NCBI GenBank assembly: GCA_047967505.1 | Contig: CM106538.1 | From: Dipteris shenzhenensis | Lineage: Eukaryota | Strand: one strand, 5' to 3' | Length of the DNA: 64,000 bases | Shown here: positions 25,310-38,565 of the stretch, in pieces | How the letters are laid out: each line of letters opens with the position of its first letter | How positions within the stretch are numbered: the first letter of the stretch is position 1 | Position numbers and translations under genes: made by a program | Notes under the pieces: generated by a model | The model's input: the letters and a program-made list of their open reading frames with translations, nothing else | Database searches by the model: none | What the model was told of the DNA's origin: nothing

Positions 25310-27152
25310 ATTGAATATTTGCTAGTAGAAAAAAATATTCCAATCAGTCAATGTAAAGTTGATCATAGTATTGTAAAGCAAATGGCATCAGCTTTACCGT
25401 TAGCTAAATAGAAGGCTTGGGCACACAAATGGGTGAAGGTAGAAGAGGATGGATCTGAAGTTACTCCTTGTGTCATGCAAAATACATTCCGAAAAATAAG
25501 CATGCATATGCACAAAAAATCATCAATGAGCACACTCTTATAAAAGCAAGAACTTTGAACAGGTGATTTTTTCCATACATGAGCTAATTTCAAAGTCTAG
25601 AAAGAGTGTAGAGTGCAAGGGAGTTTCATTGAATGACTTCTTGTTCGATGACACCGCTTGGGAGAGGCCTCAACTTTACTGTGTCTATGAAATATCACTT
25701 GATGATATCTATCAACTCCTTGACAGAATATTACATACCACCATTGGTAGAGTGGGACTATGTAACATCATCATATTTACTGATAAAGAAGATAAGGAAA
25801 AAATGTCTGCTACCCTAGAGAAACAATATGGCAATGAGCTTAAGCTTAAGATTTGCAATGGTATATAGTCAAGAAAGAGGGACAAGGGAGAATGTGGTCT
25901 CAAAATACAGAGTCTTGAAACCTTTTTCTTGTGCATGAAGATCCCTTACAATGATCACTCTTTACAAAAGAACAAAAGAGGGAATGTAAAGAGGTTGCAA
26001 CTAATGCTCGAAGAGCATGGAGCTCCAAGTCTCCTCCACCGTAATGCCAATCACTATGAAAGGCCAACAAAAAGTGTTGATCTTTTAATTAGTATGATGG
26101 AATTTTGGCTACCTCCTGAATGGGAAGTCACATTGTGTCAAATGGGGCATTTGTTTGAAGCTCTTATTAGAAAAGGACACGCTATAAATATTATTGAGAG
26201 CCCTACTTGCTTGGAAAACCTTTGTATAAAATGATGCTCATGTATGTGTGGGTGTGTGGATTTGTATGTGTGAGCGCATATTTCTATACTATGGTCTACA
26301 CCCATTGTTGGGCACTGATGACGTTAATGGGGATGTCATAGTAGCTAGTCCCTACTATGCATGATGGAGTTTATGGTTTTCAATCTTATGAGTGACTATC
26401 GTGAGTTGAAACTACACTATATTGTGTTTTTAGAGGATGAGTTTGGGAATATTCCTGGATTCATCTAGGTATATGCTTGGAAAACCTTGATACCATGGAT
26501 GCTCTCACAATGAAGTATGATAAAATAGGTCTGATCTCACATGAAGAGAATGATGACATAGAGATGGCCATGTATGATGAGAGCAAGAAAGAGGATGAAA
26601 ATGCTGAAAGCTATGGATATGATAGTGAGGACACCAACGATAGTGAGGAAGCTAACAGAGATGGATATGGCACTAACCCTGCCTGAGAAGGCTACATAAA
26701 AAGACCACAAAGATATCTAAAGGTATAAAAACTTGTCCTTAATTTTCTTCATTTATTTAAAAATCCTTTTTTTAATTATAATTACCTATATCGTGGCAAA
26801 CAGATAAGATCATACTGATAGAGAAGCGGTTTGCTTTACTTATTTTTGGGTGTTATGCTAGAAAGCAATGCTCAAGAGCTGGCTAATTTTAGACATATAC
26901 TGCCTGGGCACTAGCTTGTGGTGTAAAGGATCCCCTCTCCTTGGAAGCTTATAGAAAGCATAAGCTCATTAGGAATCGAGAGCCTTCTTTGGTGGCCCTT
27001 CCTGACAAATTGGTTGAAGAGCAAACTGCGAGCACAACAACTCTTGCACAAGATGATAAGAGTTCAGTTGCTCCTTAGCTCAAGGAAAAAAGGTCTCCAA
27101 TCAAAGTCAAAAGAAAGATTCCAAGCAAATTTGGCAAACCATTGGAAGAATA
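25310..27152 (+). pseudogene. Decayed unknown gene with a weak N6/N4 DNA methyltransferase-like motif and an acidic region
   Basis: Co-oriented ORF pieces 25563-25868, 25929-26234 (PTKSVDLLISMMEFWLPPEWEV...EALIRKGHAINIIE) and 26477-26686. Confidence 0.4.
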
Positions 27153-27399
27153 GCATGTATGGCATTGTATATTTTACAAGATAGAAGTAAGGTTGAATTG
27201 TGAGAACACTGTCATTTTAGAATGCCTTAGTTATGTTTATGTGTATTTGTGACAAAGACAATGTACATTTTGAAATAGAAATATATGTAGTACATTTCAA
27301 ATATTTCAATGGTTGCATACAATGACTTCTTATGAATGAAAGATCCAAGTCTTGGTCATTGCAAAAAAAAAAATTATTACATTTGATGACACCAATTGA

Positions 27400-30090
27400 T
27401 GATCAAGGTTCTATCTACCCATTTGTGGTTTACAAATTCTTTGAGTGTCTCCATTGAGCCTGTCTTTGTGCTACATTTGAGTTCTCCAAAATCTGCCTCC
27501 TTCTTTCCTTTTGAGCCAACCTGAAAGCCAACTTAACCTGTGATGTGTTAAATTTCTTCTTGGCTTGAAGTCTTTGTAGTATTCCTCATCGATAGAACCA
27601 CTGGAACACTTCTTTTAAACTATTGGCTTTCTGTTTTCCTCCAAAATGTTGTGTATGTCTAAAGAATGCATTTCGTGCCATGTAGTGTGATTTCTCCATT
27701 CCCTATGTGGACCAAATTGTAGGGTATCCCTATTTTTTTACAAAGAAAGGAAGGTGATTGTAGATTATATGTTGTTTTGATACATAGGCAAGTGGGCATT
27801 AGAATATATAAAACTAAGATTGTTTGCTTTAAAAAAAACATGCACAAAAATAGGATATTGTTCTTACCATGTTATGAGTGATGTTACATGTTGTCCAAGC
27901 CTCTTTCATTGCCTTTCCAAAACTCTTTACTGCTTCTTCAAATGCTTGTTGATCATTTTTGCTAAAGGTGGCTTCGTCACAAAAAACAAAAGGTTTATCT
28001 AAGCATTTCCACACTTCTGCCTTGACATCTCTTGCCAATCCATCTGCCTGATGATCTTTGATAGCATTGTGGACTTTTCCCCACAAGTTATACTTTATCC
28101 TTGATGTGAATGTTGTTTTACTGCCATTTTTTTTTTCTCTGATGAGACAAAAATCTTCTAGCCTTTACTCCACCAATAGATGGCTTGATAGGAACATCTT
28201 TTCCATTTGTAGATTTTTAAAGATCTTTTGTAATATGTACATCTCCTCCATGGAGACCAATTTCTGATAGCACTAATAGCATTGCTTCTAACGATTGTAG
28301 TGCCTCTTTTCTTCTGCTCTTAGGGGGGCGAAGTTTCCATGCAAATCCAATATATAGGAAAACAAGTTTCTCAATGATCCTACATAATGCATGCAATGTA
28401 CAAATGTGAACATTGCATAATGAGATCTCAAGAACTGTTTTGAAATTTTTATCTACTTTATCTCTGTTGGGTGCTCTTTTCCACCATTTAGAATCTAGGA
28501 CATGCGCTGGTTCGTTTGCAGTATAAGCAAGGAGATTTTGAGTTACCCCCTTTGCTTATATTGAACATACACTTCAGTGTCTTCAGGTCACCTGCCATAT
28601 GCCATTCAATTTGAAAATCACCCTTCCTTGGAACATGAAGATGGCGTTTGACTCTTGATAATTGATGGTATATCTATTTGATGAAATACCCAATAAAGTA
28701 CTGCATGGTCCTCATCCTCAGTCTTCACCTGTAACCTTCACCTGTAACTTAAAATCACAGGTTTGCAAGATATATGATATAAAATTTATTACATTTCGCG
28801 CAAGAAGGCGATAGTTTACATACCTCAAATGCGCCCAACCACCATATGTGCTTTTCCAATTGGACATTGAAGTACTTTGAGCTAGACTTTGTGATCAATT
28901 GATCAAGTGCTCGATTCATCAAAGTGATAGAAACTCTCTCTATCTTTTTTTCCTTGACGATTTCACACTCATCAAGCTTCACAACAAACTTCAAAACTCC
29001 TTTACATTCTTCAAATGTGATACTATAGAACTCAACCATAAGTCTCTGCAATTGTTCAAGATCTACAAAAACATTATTCCAAGCATTATATGTAGTGCTT
29101 CCCTTTTCACTTTCATATACACTTTCGATATAAAAGTACTGTCCAATAAACTTATCAATTTCTTGGTTGAGATGACCTCGTTCCTTCCACACTTGTGCTG
29201 GTGTTGGTAACAACACACGTTTTATACGTTGATCTTTTATTGTTGATGACACAACTCTAAATATTGAAGCATATCCCTTTCTGCTCACTCCGCTCAAATC
29301 AAGAGCCTCTTGAATTTTCGTGACATCAGCTTTACTTTCCGATACAAAGTCTTCCAGCACTTCACGTTTTACCTTCTTAAACATCTTTTCCTCCATCATG
29401 TTCTTTGCAACAATAGTGGAGACTAAACCCTTCATTTGTTTGACACGAATTAAATTAAGATCAATGTTTTCTTTCTCAGGTCCTAAAATTTTTTTGCAAC
29501 AAGTAAACTTTGCAATAATTGCAAGATAGACACATACATACAAATACAATGGCTAAACAAGATGTACTCTTACCTTGCTTTTTATACTGTACGCTTACAT
29601 CCTCCAGTGCCAGCTTTCAACTCCGCAATGTTTTGAATTCTCTTGCTTCCTTTTCTCTCTCCAAGAATGGTTCTCTTCATTCTTGCTCTCCTTAGCTCAT
29701 TCTTTGTCTTTGAATGCTCTTCTATTTCCCTTTGTAGCTGCTCTTTCAAGTCTGAATCTATCGACATTTCTTGGTCCTTCTCCATTCTTTTGCGGACATA
29801 CAATGTCTTGTACATTTTCACAGTTGAATATTGAGTCAAAATGTATCCATACATTCCATTGTTCCCGTCACCCACAAACCTCAAGAGCGTTGTCAGATTT
29901 AAAAATGGAGGGCTCGAATTTCTCAATGGACATTCTGGGTAAATCTGTCCGTCACACCATAAGTCGATATGTTGGGAGCCTGCTCTTCTCATGTTTTCCT
30001 TTTGCGCAGCATGCACAAGCGGAACCTTTCCTCTTTTCTATAGCAGTGCATAAAATGTCCCTTATGTATCCATGAGAGAATGCCCCTTAT
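27400..30090 (-). pseudogene. RAG1/Transib/Chapaev-like DDE transposase, spliced and frameshifted
   Basis: Motifs in order: KFVVKLD (D at 28971-28973); WHMAGDLKTLKC (D at 28587-28589); KSPCLYC; VHICTLHALCRI; NITHNM|HIIYNH; WST*GMEKSH (E at 27694-27696). Confidence 0.75.
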
Positions 30091-30239
30091 GTATTCACAT
30101 ATAATCAAATAATAATACAAATGGAATAAATATCATAAGTAAATATCCTAATGTATTGTAATATTTAGCATAAGTAAAAAAAACACCATCATTAGTCAAC
30201 ACAAACAAGGTAAAAATATTCAAGGACTCATGTTTCTTA

Positions 30240-33200
30240 GGTCATCCTCTTGAGGCTATGATGCTCTAAGAGTACATTGAGTCTCTACTTCTTGTGTAGA
30301 TCGTGTACACTGAGTTTCTACTTCTGGTGCAATCTGTAACAAGCCTAGTAGGGTTGAGCTCAAGATAGACTCAATCTCTTCCTCCTTCACAAGATGTGAT
30401 GTTGTAGATACACATTTAGTCTCTACTTCTTGTGAAGGAAGAATGCATTGAGCCTCTACTTCAGGTGGAGACTATAATGCTTTTGCTATAGACTCATTCT
30501 CTTCTTCCTTTGCAAGTTACAACTCTACTTGAGGTTGTGATGCACAAGGAGACTAAATTGTCTCTTGTTTTTCTTTGGCTCCCTCGACTTCTTCATTGAC
30601 ATCATGTTGTACCCCAATGGTAGTAGTTAGGTCAGTCTTAGCCCTAAAATCTTGTAGCTTGAGCTTTGTATATGATTCTATTGAGACATGTTCAAAAATG
30701 TCATTGAGGAACAACTTGAAGTTGTAGGCAACTCTCCACCCAGTGCTAAATCTATCTTTCTACTCCACTATGATACATGTCTGGAAATTTGGTTGGTCTT
30801 GATGTTGCCTGACTTTTCTAATAATAGATACTAACCTGTTTGCAGACATGTCCATCATGACATAGGAAAAAGTGAATTTGTGTAGTAAATAGTAAGATGC
30901 ATGTTCATAATAATATGATAAAGAACATTTACTTGAACACCGAGTCGTGAAAGCCTCTAACTGAATTGAGAAACCAACAATGGTTGTCATCAAGATCCCA
31001 TACTATCAGGCTCCAATGTAAGCTACATGACCAATAAAGAAAAAATTTATTGATACAATATTAAGCATTAATTGACACAATATTACAAATAAAAGAGTAA
31101 AAGCAAGGTTGAGATGATACTTACTTCTCATAATATGGCATAAAGATGACTAGCATGCCATCCAAGTCTAAAGATTGTAACCTTATACAAACATCATCTA
31201 TCGTCTTCTTGGTATCACTAAGTACAGCTGAAAGGAGAAAATTGAGCATATACACATGATTTTGTATTGATTTATGAAAGTGAGATATAACCATATTGCA
31301 GCAATAAATAAAGAAATGCTAGTAGCAGATTGAATCAAAATATTGAAGTATCAAGCCAAGAGAAGTTCATGTCAAACCTAAGGATGGAAATCATGACTTT
31401 ATCATTAGCCTCTTTCAAAGGGTCGGAGAGGATTGTAACTTCCTCACTACCAAATGTCAAAACCTAAGGTTGCTGGATAATGATAACCCTGACATCAAAA
31501 GAGCTACCCATTTTGTCCAATGCAGTGATTACATTAGGACAACTTATGGGTGTAGCAGCCAATGTTTTCTCTAGATGCTCCATAATGTTATCAATAAATT
31601 ACTTAATGGTAGATGACATAAATGTGTGTAGATGCAAGTCTGTATATGTTGACAATGAGGTTTCACCGTTGCTCAAATTAAAAATTTTAGCAAGTAGCAA
31701 TAAGTATTTATATCCAACTTTGCACCCAAAACTATGGCCATCATGTTGCTTCAATGTTGGGCATGTTACATACTCTATTTGATCTTCAAAGTCACCTTCA
31801 AATTGCATAAGTGCATCTATAGCACCTACCAACTTCTGAGCTGATCCACACATCATAAGAGATAACATAAACGAATGTGCGCATTGTATATGATGCATCT
31901 CATGGAAGTAATTGTGACACAGGTAGGTTATACTTACTCTGACACACTACCATGGACAGATGCTATTGAATTGACAAAGAAACATTGCTTGGCTAAGATG
32001 TCCATAGTCACCAAGCTTCAATACAAACTGCATTACCAATTAAGAATAATTATTATTTGACATAATTCTCCACGATGTAAGAGATAAGCTAAGTAAGGAT
32101 TGATACTCACTCCTCATAATATGCAGTAAAGATAACTCGCGCCTCAGTCAAATCAACAGGTTGCAACCACTTGCAAACATCATCTATGGTCTTCTACTTG
32201 CTACTAAGTACATTAGAAACAAGAGGATTGACCATATATGCACATCTATGTATATATAGGGGAAGCTGTTCTAAAACCATACTGGAATAAAAAGAAAAGA
32301 ATATTAGTCCATTTGATCCAATGGAAATACAAAGCATAAAGTTAAGAAAAAGTTTGTGTCAAAAAACCTGAGGATGGCTATTATGACTTTGTCCACCTCT
32401 TTCTTGGAGTTTAAGAAAATGTCCTCTTCATCAAATAGAAAAGTAAGAGGTTGTTTTCGAACTTGAAACCTAGCTTGAAATGACTTCCCCATCTGCTGCA
32501 AGGTATGATTATTTTCTAGACCGATCCGATGGATAGCCAGAGTAGCTTTGTTTTCTTAAGACGAGCTTCCTATATTCTCTACTCTAGCTATGTCCACCTC
32601 ATCCTCCTTTCCCTCCCCCTATAAAAACATGAAATAATTATGAGATTATCACCCAAAACTTTTAAGAAACACTTGAAAAAATAAGTAAGAGCAACCCCAT
32701 CGTTGCTAAGCAATTTGCTAAAAAACAGTTTCTTCACAGCAGATAGGTCTTTAATATAATGAGAAAGGCTTGATAGTTTACCAAGCCCAGGAATTCTACT
32801 TCCAGCCGCCCTCAGGAGGAATGTGTCATCTTCAATGAACAACTGCCATATGCAAAACACACTTTGATTTAAAACAAACCATCAAATTGCATATCTAAAC
32901 CCCAAATGCAAGAAAGGTAGGTTCCTTACCTCAATATTCTCACCTTTCTCTAGTATATCATCGTTAAATAAGGAGATACCCATCTCCTCCTTCCCCTCGG
33001 AGTTGTCACTGATATCCAAGCTTGTTGTGAGGTTCATCCTGCTTGGGTTTCCTGGAAGATTGTCTCATTCACCTCTTCATACATTTTGGCTTGCTCAAAA
33101 TAGATGGAAAATGCTTCCGAAGCATCGAATTTGTCCTCCAACTCTAACAAAGGATCGTCCTCAATCCTTACTTCCTTGTCAACCCTACTAGATTGTGCAA

Positions 33201-35000
33201 TAAGGCAATTGCATAATCTTCTCTCAAATTAAATAGGCATTGTACGTAATACAACAAGACATCCTCTTTTCCCTCAATATTGAATGAGGGAAGAATGGGC
33301 ATAGTGGGGTCAGAGCTCTCAGCCTCCACGTCATCCACTATGACAGCATCTCTTAGGGTCTCGTTTTTTAAGGCCGCTAGGTCCAATTTTGCAACTGCAA
33401 GCTCTTCCTCTATCGAGTTGATCTTCTCTTCCACTTCTGGTAGATCTGACTTTTCCTATGTTTCTTCTTCCTCATTGGTATCCTTTGGGTCCTCAATTGA
33501 TCCATCAGTATAGTGTACATACATGGCAAATGCAAGTGCCTCTTCAAGTATTTTGCAATTGCCCTTGTGTACAGTGCATATTCCCTCATGACAATCTTCA
33601 AAACTGTCAAACACCTTGTGCATTTGATACATCATCCTGTCGTTTGTAGCAGCAATGTCTTTGACATGTACAAAAGTCTTGCTGTTTGACAACTTTTGAT
33701 CCTTCAACTGTAAGCTTGTGGAAGGATTCATACATCTCTCCAAGAAAATCCTTATGATGTGTCAGAAGAGACTACAAATCCAGCTCCTTATTGAACATAT
33801 CATGGTATTTGTGATAGTACAGTTCTCATTCTGACTTCTATAGGAATTCAAAGAACAGCAGTTGGGGTGACTTCTTTTCCTCCTCCTCCTTTCCCTTACC
33901 AACTGATTGTCCACCTTTGTCTGAACCCTTGTCATTGGGCTTTTTCTCTTCACTGCATCATACAAAATCAAAAAATGAGTCTTGCACATATAGCTAAAAA
34001 GAAATAGAAGCACTCATACATAAATTCTTACCAGAAGATTCCTCCTCCTTTACAGCATAAGCTGAGAGGTCAATGGTCTTCCTGACAGGTCTTGGTGCAT
34101 CACTTGCATCACCTATTTGGTTAGCTCCTCCTCTTTGAAAGTTTTCAGAAAAATGTGATATGACTGTCTTTATAATTAAATAGACTAAAATCATGTTTTC
34201 TAGGCAAAAGTTCTATTGATGCAAAAACATCATGTCCAAAGAAAATTCAGGTGAATCTGCAAGATAGTTGTCTTGATCATTTAAAAGACGAAGAAGATGA
34301 CTTCTAGCTGATGTAGTAGAATTAGATAGATCAAGAATACAATTGGAAAGGTAGATCAAGACTCTGGTGTATTTAAGTACCTGTAGCATTTCTCTCCATG
34401 GATCTTTGCACAAGTATAGGTAGGTGGGGATGATGATGGGAAAAAATCAAGGTCTAATGTATTGTCCATATGAAAATGAGGAAGAAGATGAAGATTCAAA
34501 ACTGTTGAATGGATGGAGAAAAGTGAAGATAAGAGTGCGATATGGGGGAGAAAAACAAAGAACAAGCTCAAATCGTGTTTTTGAGCAAAGATAGTGAAGC
34601 CTACTCTAATGAATCAGTTTGGACTCTACCATCCTCCTAAACCCTACAATGCATATGAAATGTGCTCGAAAAAACAACTCATAGAGTTCCTTTTAGAGAA
34701 AGCTATGGAATGGTCATTTCACCTTACTAATAGGAAAAACCAATGACTTGTGACAGATTGCTCACCTGGGCTTTTGTGTATCTCTGGAGCTAGAGCTAGG
34801 GAGGTGTGAGATGGACCTGGGGAGGTTGTGGCTAGATCTATAATGGGTGGTGGAGCTGGTGAGGGAGGTTGGATTTGGAGTTGCAATGGGACTCTGTGAT
34901 GGAGGTGGTGAGGTAGTGAGGTTGGATCTGGAGTTGGAGCTAGTGAGGTAGTGGGGTTGGAGCTGGAGGTGGTGAGGTTGGAGGCAACTAAAACTAGAGA
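30240..35000 (-). pseudogene. Multi-exon gene with two tandem Ulp1/peptidase C48-like domains
   Basis: DDVCKWLQPVDL...VIFTAYYEE|LY*SLV...FVNS|...QHDGHSFG (about 31680-32450) and DDVCIRLQSLDL...VIFMPYYEK|LHWSLIVWD...FLNS|...*KDRFSTGW (about 30690-31480); matching intron positions; gene ends approximate. Confidence 0.7.
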
Positions 35001-36055
35001 TAGGGATAAAATGAAGGGTAGCTCTACTTAGAGGGGGTTTTGTCTCAAAATCTGTGCAAACAATGATGAGGAAATAAATGCATAGGAACCTAGAAGACCA
35101 TTTTCCGCATGTGTGGCTGACAAGACAGATGTGACATTCATTGGAAACTGTGCCCTTTCCTCTTATCTACAATTTCTCCATCCCTCTAGTAGTTCTGATC
35201 TACAATTTCCTCCATCCCTCTAGCAGTTCTGATCTACATCACTGCCATCATCATCCCCCCCACCCCATGCAATCATCATCCCCCCCCCTACTCCCATCAT
35301 CCCCCCAACCCCAACCCCCCCCCCTACCCTTACTACACCTATGCAAGAGCCACAAACAAGTCACCTAGGCTAGTCATGGAAAGAAAAAATCTAGGTGTAC
35401 ACAATCACAGATCAAGAAAACACTAGTAGCAACCAAATATTGCAGATTCCCAAGTGGTAGAATGAGAATTAGATAAAAACTGCAATTTGGAGCAGTTTTC
35501 CTGAAGAAACATGAATATCGCCTTTTCTATAACGAAAGGTATCAACCTTATTTAGTATGTATCAGCTTAAGAAGAACTTGATGGGTACCAACTTGATGGT
35601 TGTGAGCTTGATGTATCTTGAGCTATAGTGGGTCAGTGTGGATAACAGTTTGATGGGTATCAGCTTGATGGGTTGAGATAGAGTTGTAGTGGGTTTGGGG
35701 AAAGGACCTAGAGCAATATTGGGTCCAGTTGTAGTGGGTCTGGGGGAAGGACCTAGAGCCTATAGGGAAGAAGATGAAACTATAGATGGAGATGACAACG
35801 GGAATGAAGTCTGGCAGCTTGGTCTAAAAATTGGTGCATGTAATCACTAGATACTCTAAATATAGTACCTTGAAGACCAGTTTTGGCATGTGTGGCTGAC
35901 AAGTATGACTTGAATAGATATCTCTGCCATCTTTCGTAGAAAACTTTTAGCATGTTGGGTGTTTTTACACCATATCGTTTTTTCAAGCAAACTCTTAGGT
36001 TGCTGATTTCCTTGTGATGTTTGGGTTTTTTTTTAGGAGAAGAGCACAATATACT

Positions 36056-37085
36056 ATGGCAAGAACCAAAGCAACAGCTAAAAGGAAAGGAAAAGGACCA
36101 GACATTGCAGGGGCTGCCACAGCTCCATCCAGGTCTAAATCTTCAAAGAAGGGGAAGCCTGTGCACATGCTAGCAAGGAACAAGAAGAAAAGAGTGAGCC
36201 AAAGCAGATCTATCTTGATGGAGATTAGGAAGGCTTAGAAAGCCATAGGATATGAAGTACCCATGGCACCATTCGAGAGGCTGGTCAGAGCAGTATGCAT
36301 GAACTGGCATGTGGACTTTAGATGGCAAAGGACTGCACTACTTGCTCTCCAAGAAGCTACTGAAGAGTGGCTCATAGAGTTTTTCATGGACACCATGATG
36401 GTAGTAGCACATGCACACAAGGTCACCATCATGAATAAAGACATCCAAACACTTGTCAGGGTCAAATATAGATATGACAAGATCCTTAATGTAGAGGATT
36501 GGGATGATCTGAAAATGAGGGATATCTTGTTGATACCTCCAGCCAAGAAACCTAAAGATGATGGATTCAAGGTTGTCGAGGTGTTTCACCAACTTCATAC
36601 CAGAGGCAAGGCTGCCTATGAAGAGTCCCTCCGGGAAAGAGTCAAAGAAACAATGTCTGTCTTGCAATCCCAGACATTAGTGAGGATGGTGCAAATTCAC
36701 CAGAATCTCCTACAACTTGGACCAAGGATCAGAGTAGCCATCCAGACTGTGAATGATGACATGACCTAGGACTTGACAGAAGACTACATCATGGCTTTAG
36801 CACAAAAAGAAAAACATGTGACTTGCATAATCATCCAAAACAGCAGGAGGAGTCAATGTAGGAGGAGTGGATGCAAGAGGAGGCAGTACCGATGGAGGAT
36901 GTGTAGCAGTAGGATCCACAGCAGGATGTAGAGTAGCTAGATCCACAGCAAGATGTACAGCAGTAGGATCCATAGCAATAGTAACCTAAGCAGCATGTGG
37001 AAGATTCTCACAGGAGTCTCCACTGCAAAAAAGTCAATATAGAGATTCTGAGCAATAATAGAAAAATAGATGATGCTTGTAATTA
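36056..37085 (+). pseudogene. Divergent histone H3-like protein with a long C-terminal extension and nonsense codons
   Basis: MARTKATAK...LMEIRKA*K...PFERLVR...DFRWQRTALLALQEATEEWLIEFFMDT...HAHKVTIMNKDIQ matches the H3 fold without gaps; TAG at 36236-36238 falls where H3 has Gln; Q/E-rich tail follows. Confidence 0.9.
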
Positions 37086-37281
37086 GTTTGTATTAATACA
37101 TCAAATTTCAAATATTTTTTTTTGGTTGCAAGTAATACTTGAGTCAATAGCTTTGTATTATTTGAATTGTTCTATTTACAATGTCCTTGCGTTAAATTTT
37201 TTTTTTGCTCCTTTGAAGTATCTACAAAAATAAATTTTTAGCAATATGTAAATGTATTATGCAAATGTAAAGAGAATCAAA

Positions 37282-38565
37282 TTAAGAGAAACAAAGGGTG
37301 GTCAAATTAGGAGAAACATGCGGTGGAAACCAACTTACTTTCCTATTGTTCAAAATGAATGAAATTTCTTTATGGATATTGTTCTCATTCTCCATAATAA
37401 TGTCATTGTGTAACTGATAGAGAGTGCAACATTGTCCCAGTGAGATGGATGTTAAAAGGATGTCATTCTCAATAACATTGATTTCAATTATTGGACCCGA
37501 TGACCTCTCGTCTTGGTCCATTTCCACAAGTTTTGTGCCTATCATTCTAATGCATTTATAGTAAAAAGAGAAAATAAAGTTTTGTGAGGCACTTAATGTT
37601 GATGGAGTTATGAGCAATCTCACAATACACATTGTTGGCCACCATTCTATCCCAACCATTATCCAAAAAATTTGGAATTGGAACATCATACCCTTGTACA
37701 AACTTTGACTGGATAATCCTAAAAAAGTTCTACAAAAACTGTAAGTGGCATGAAAACATTGATTTTAACTATCCTGGTAGCAATATCTGGTTTCAAGGAA
37801 TGTTGTACTTCTGAAAATAATTTGGCTCTGTAGGATTCTGTGATGCTGTTCCATCAGGGATTGGCCAATCAACTGTATTCCATGCCAAGAGATCTTGCTT
37901 TTTTAATAAACCGTGTGAGTGAGCATTGTCCATCAATTGATAAAAGTGATCATAAAAGAATATACCCAATTCAGCCAGGGTTGTTGATTTTCTACCTCTA
38001 TACTGTAGCTCCCCAATAGCACCATGTAAAGCATCAAAGAATCCCAGTATGCACTCCAGTGGTTGCCATTCTTCATATGATGAGGATATATATCTGAATG
38101 AAAATAAAGAGAGTGTCCGTCATCAAAAGAAACAAATATTTCATTTCAAGTATTTCATTACACAAATACACTTACAATTGGGTCTATAGTGTGGAAGATA
38201 AGTGGGATGATCTCATAATACAAGTTCTCGGTGCATGTAGACATGTTGTATTCGAATCTCTCTGACGCATCTTGTGCCTTCCTTTTCTACTGTGAAATCT
38301 TTCACTCTGCTCTTCCAAGAAGCCAAAAAAGTGTTAGTTGATTGCTGGTTTCTCCGCTTGTTGGGTTGCATTAGAACCCAATCTCCTTTCGCCACTGCTA
38401 TCCTTTTCTAGCTACCGTCCACATTCACAGTATTGGAAACTTCTACACATGAGATTAATGAGGTAGATCTTCACAGGGCAAAGAGATACTTTGTACATCC
38501 ACATCTTCGCCAGGTATAGCAACAGACCACTTCCTAGTGGCACAACCAAAGTTTTTGGTTGCCAT
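37282..38565 (-). pseudogene. BAH-domain-like gene, spliced and decayed
   Basis: VAKGDWVLM...WKSRVKDF...IQHVYMHRELVL...PN|YISSSYEEWQPLECILG...FFYDHFY follows the BAH pattern; GT-AG intron 38094-38175. Confidence 0.55.

Noticed and set aside
36056-36769. Functional host CENH3 or canonical H3 gene
   Set aside because: In-frame stop, canonical-length loop 1, long C-terminal extension, no coding introns seen, and a transposon context
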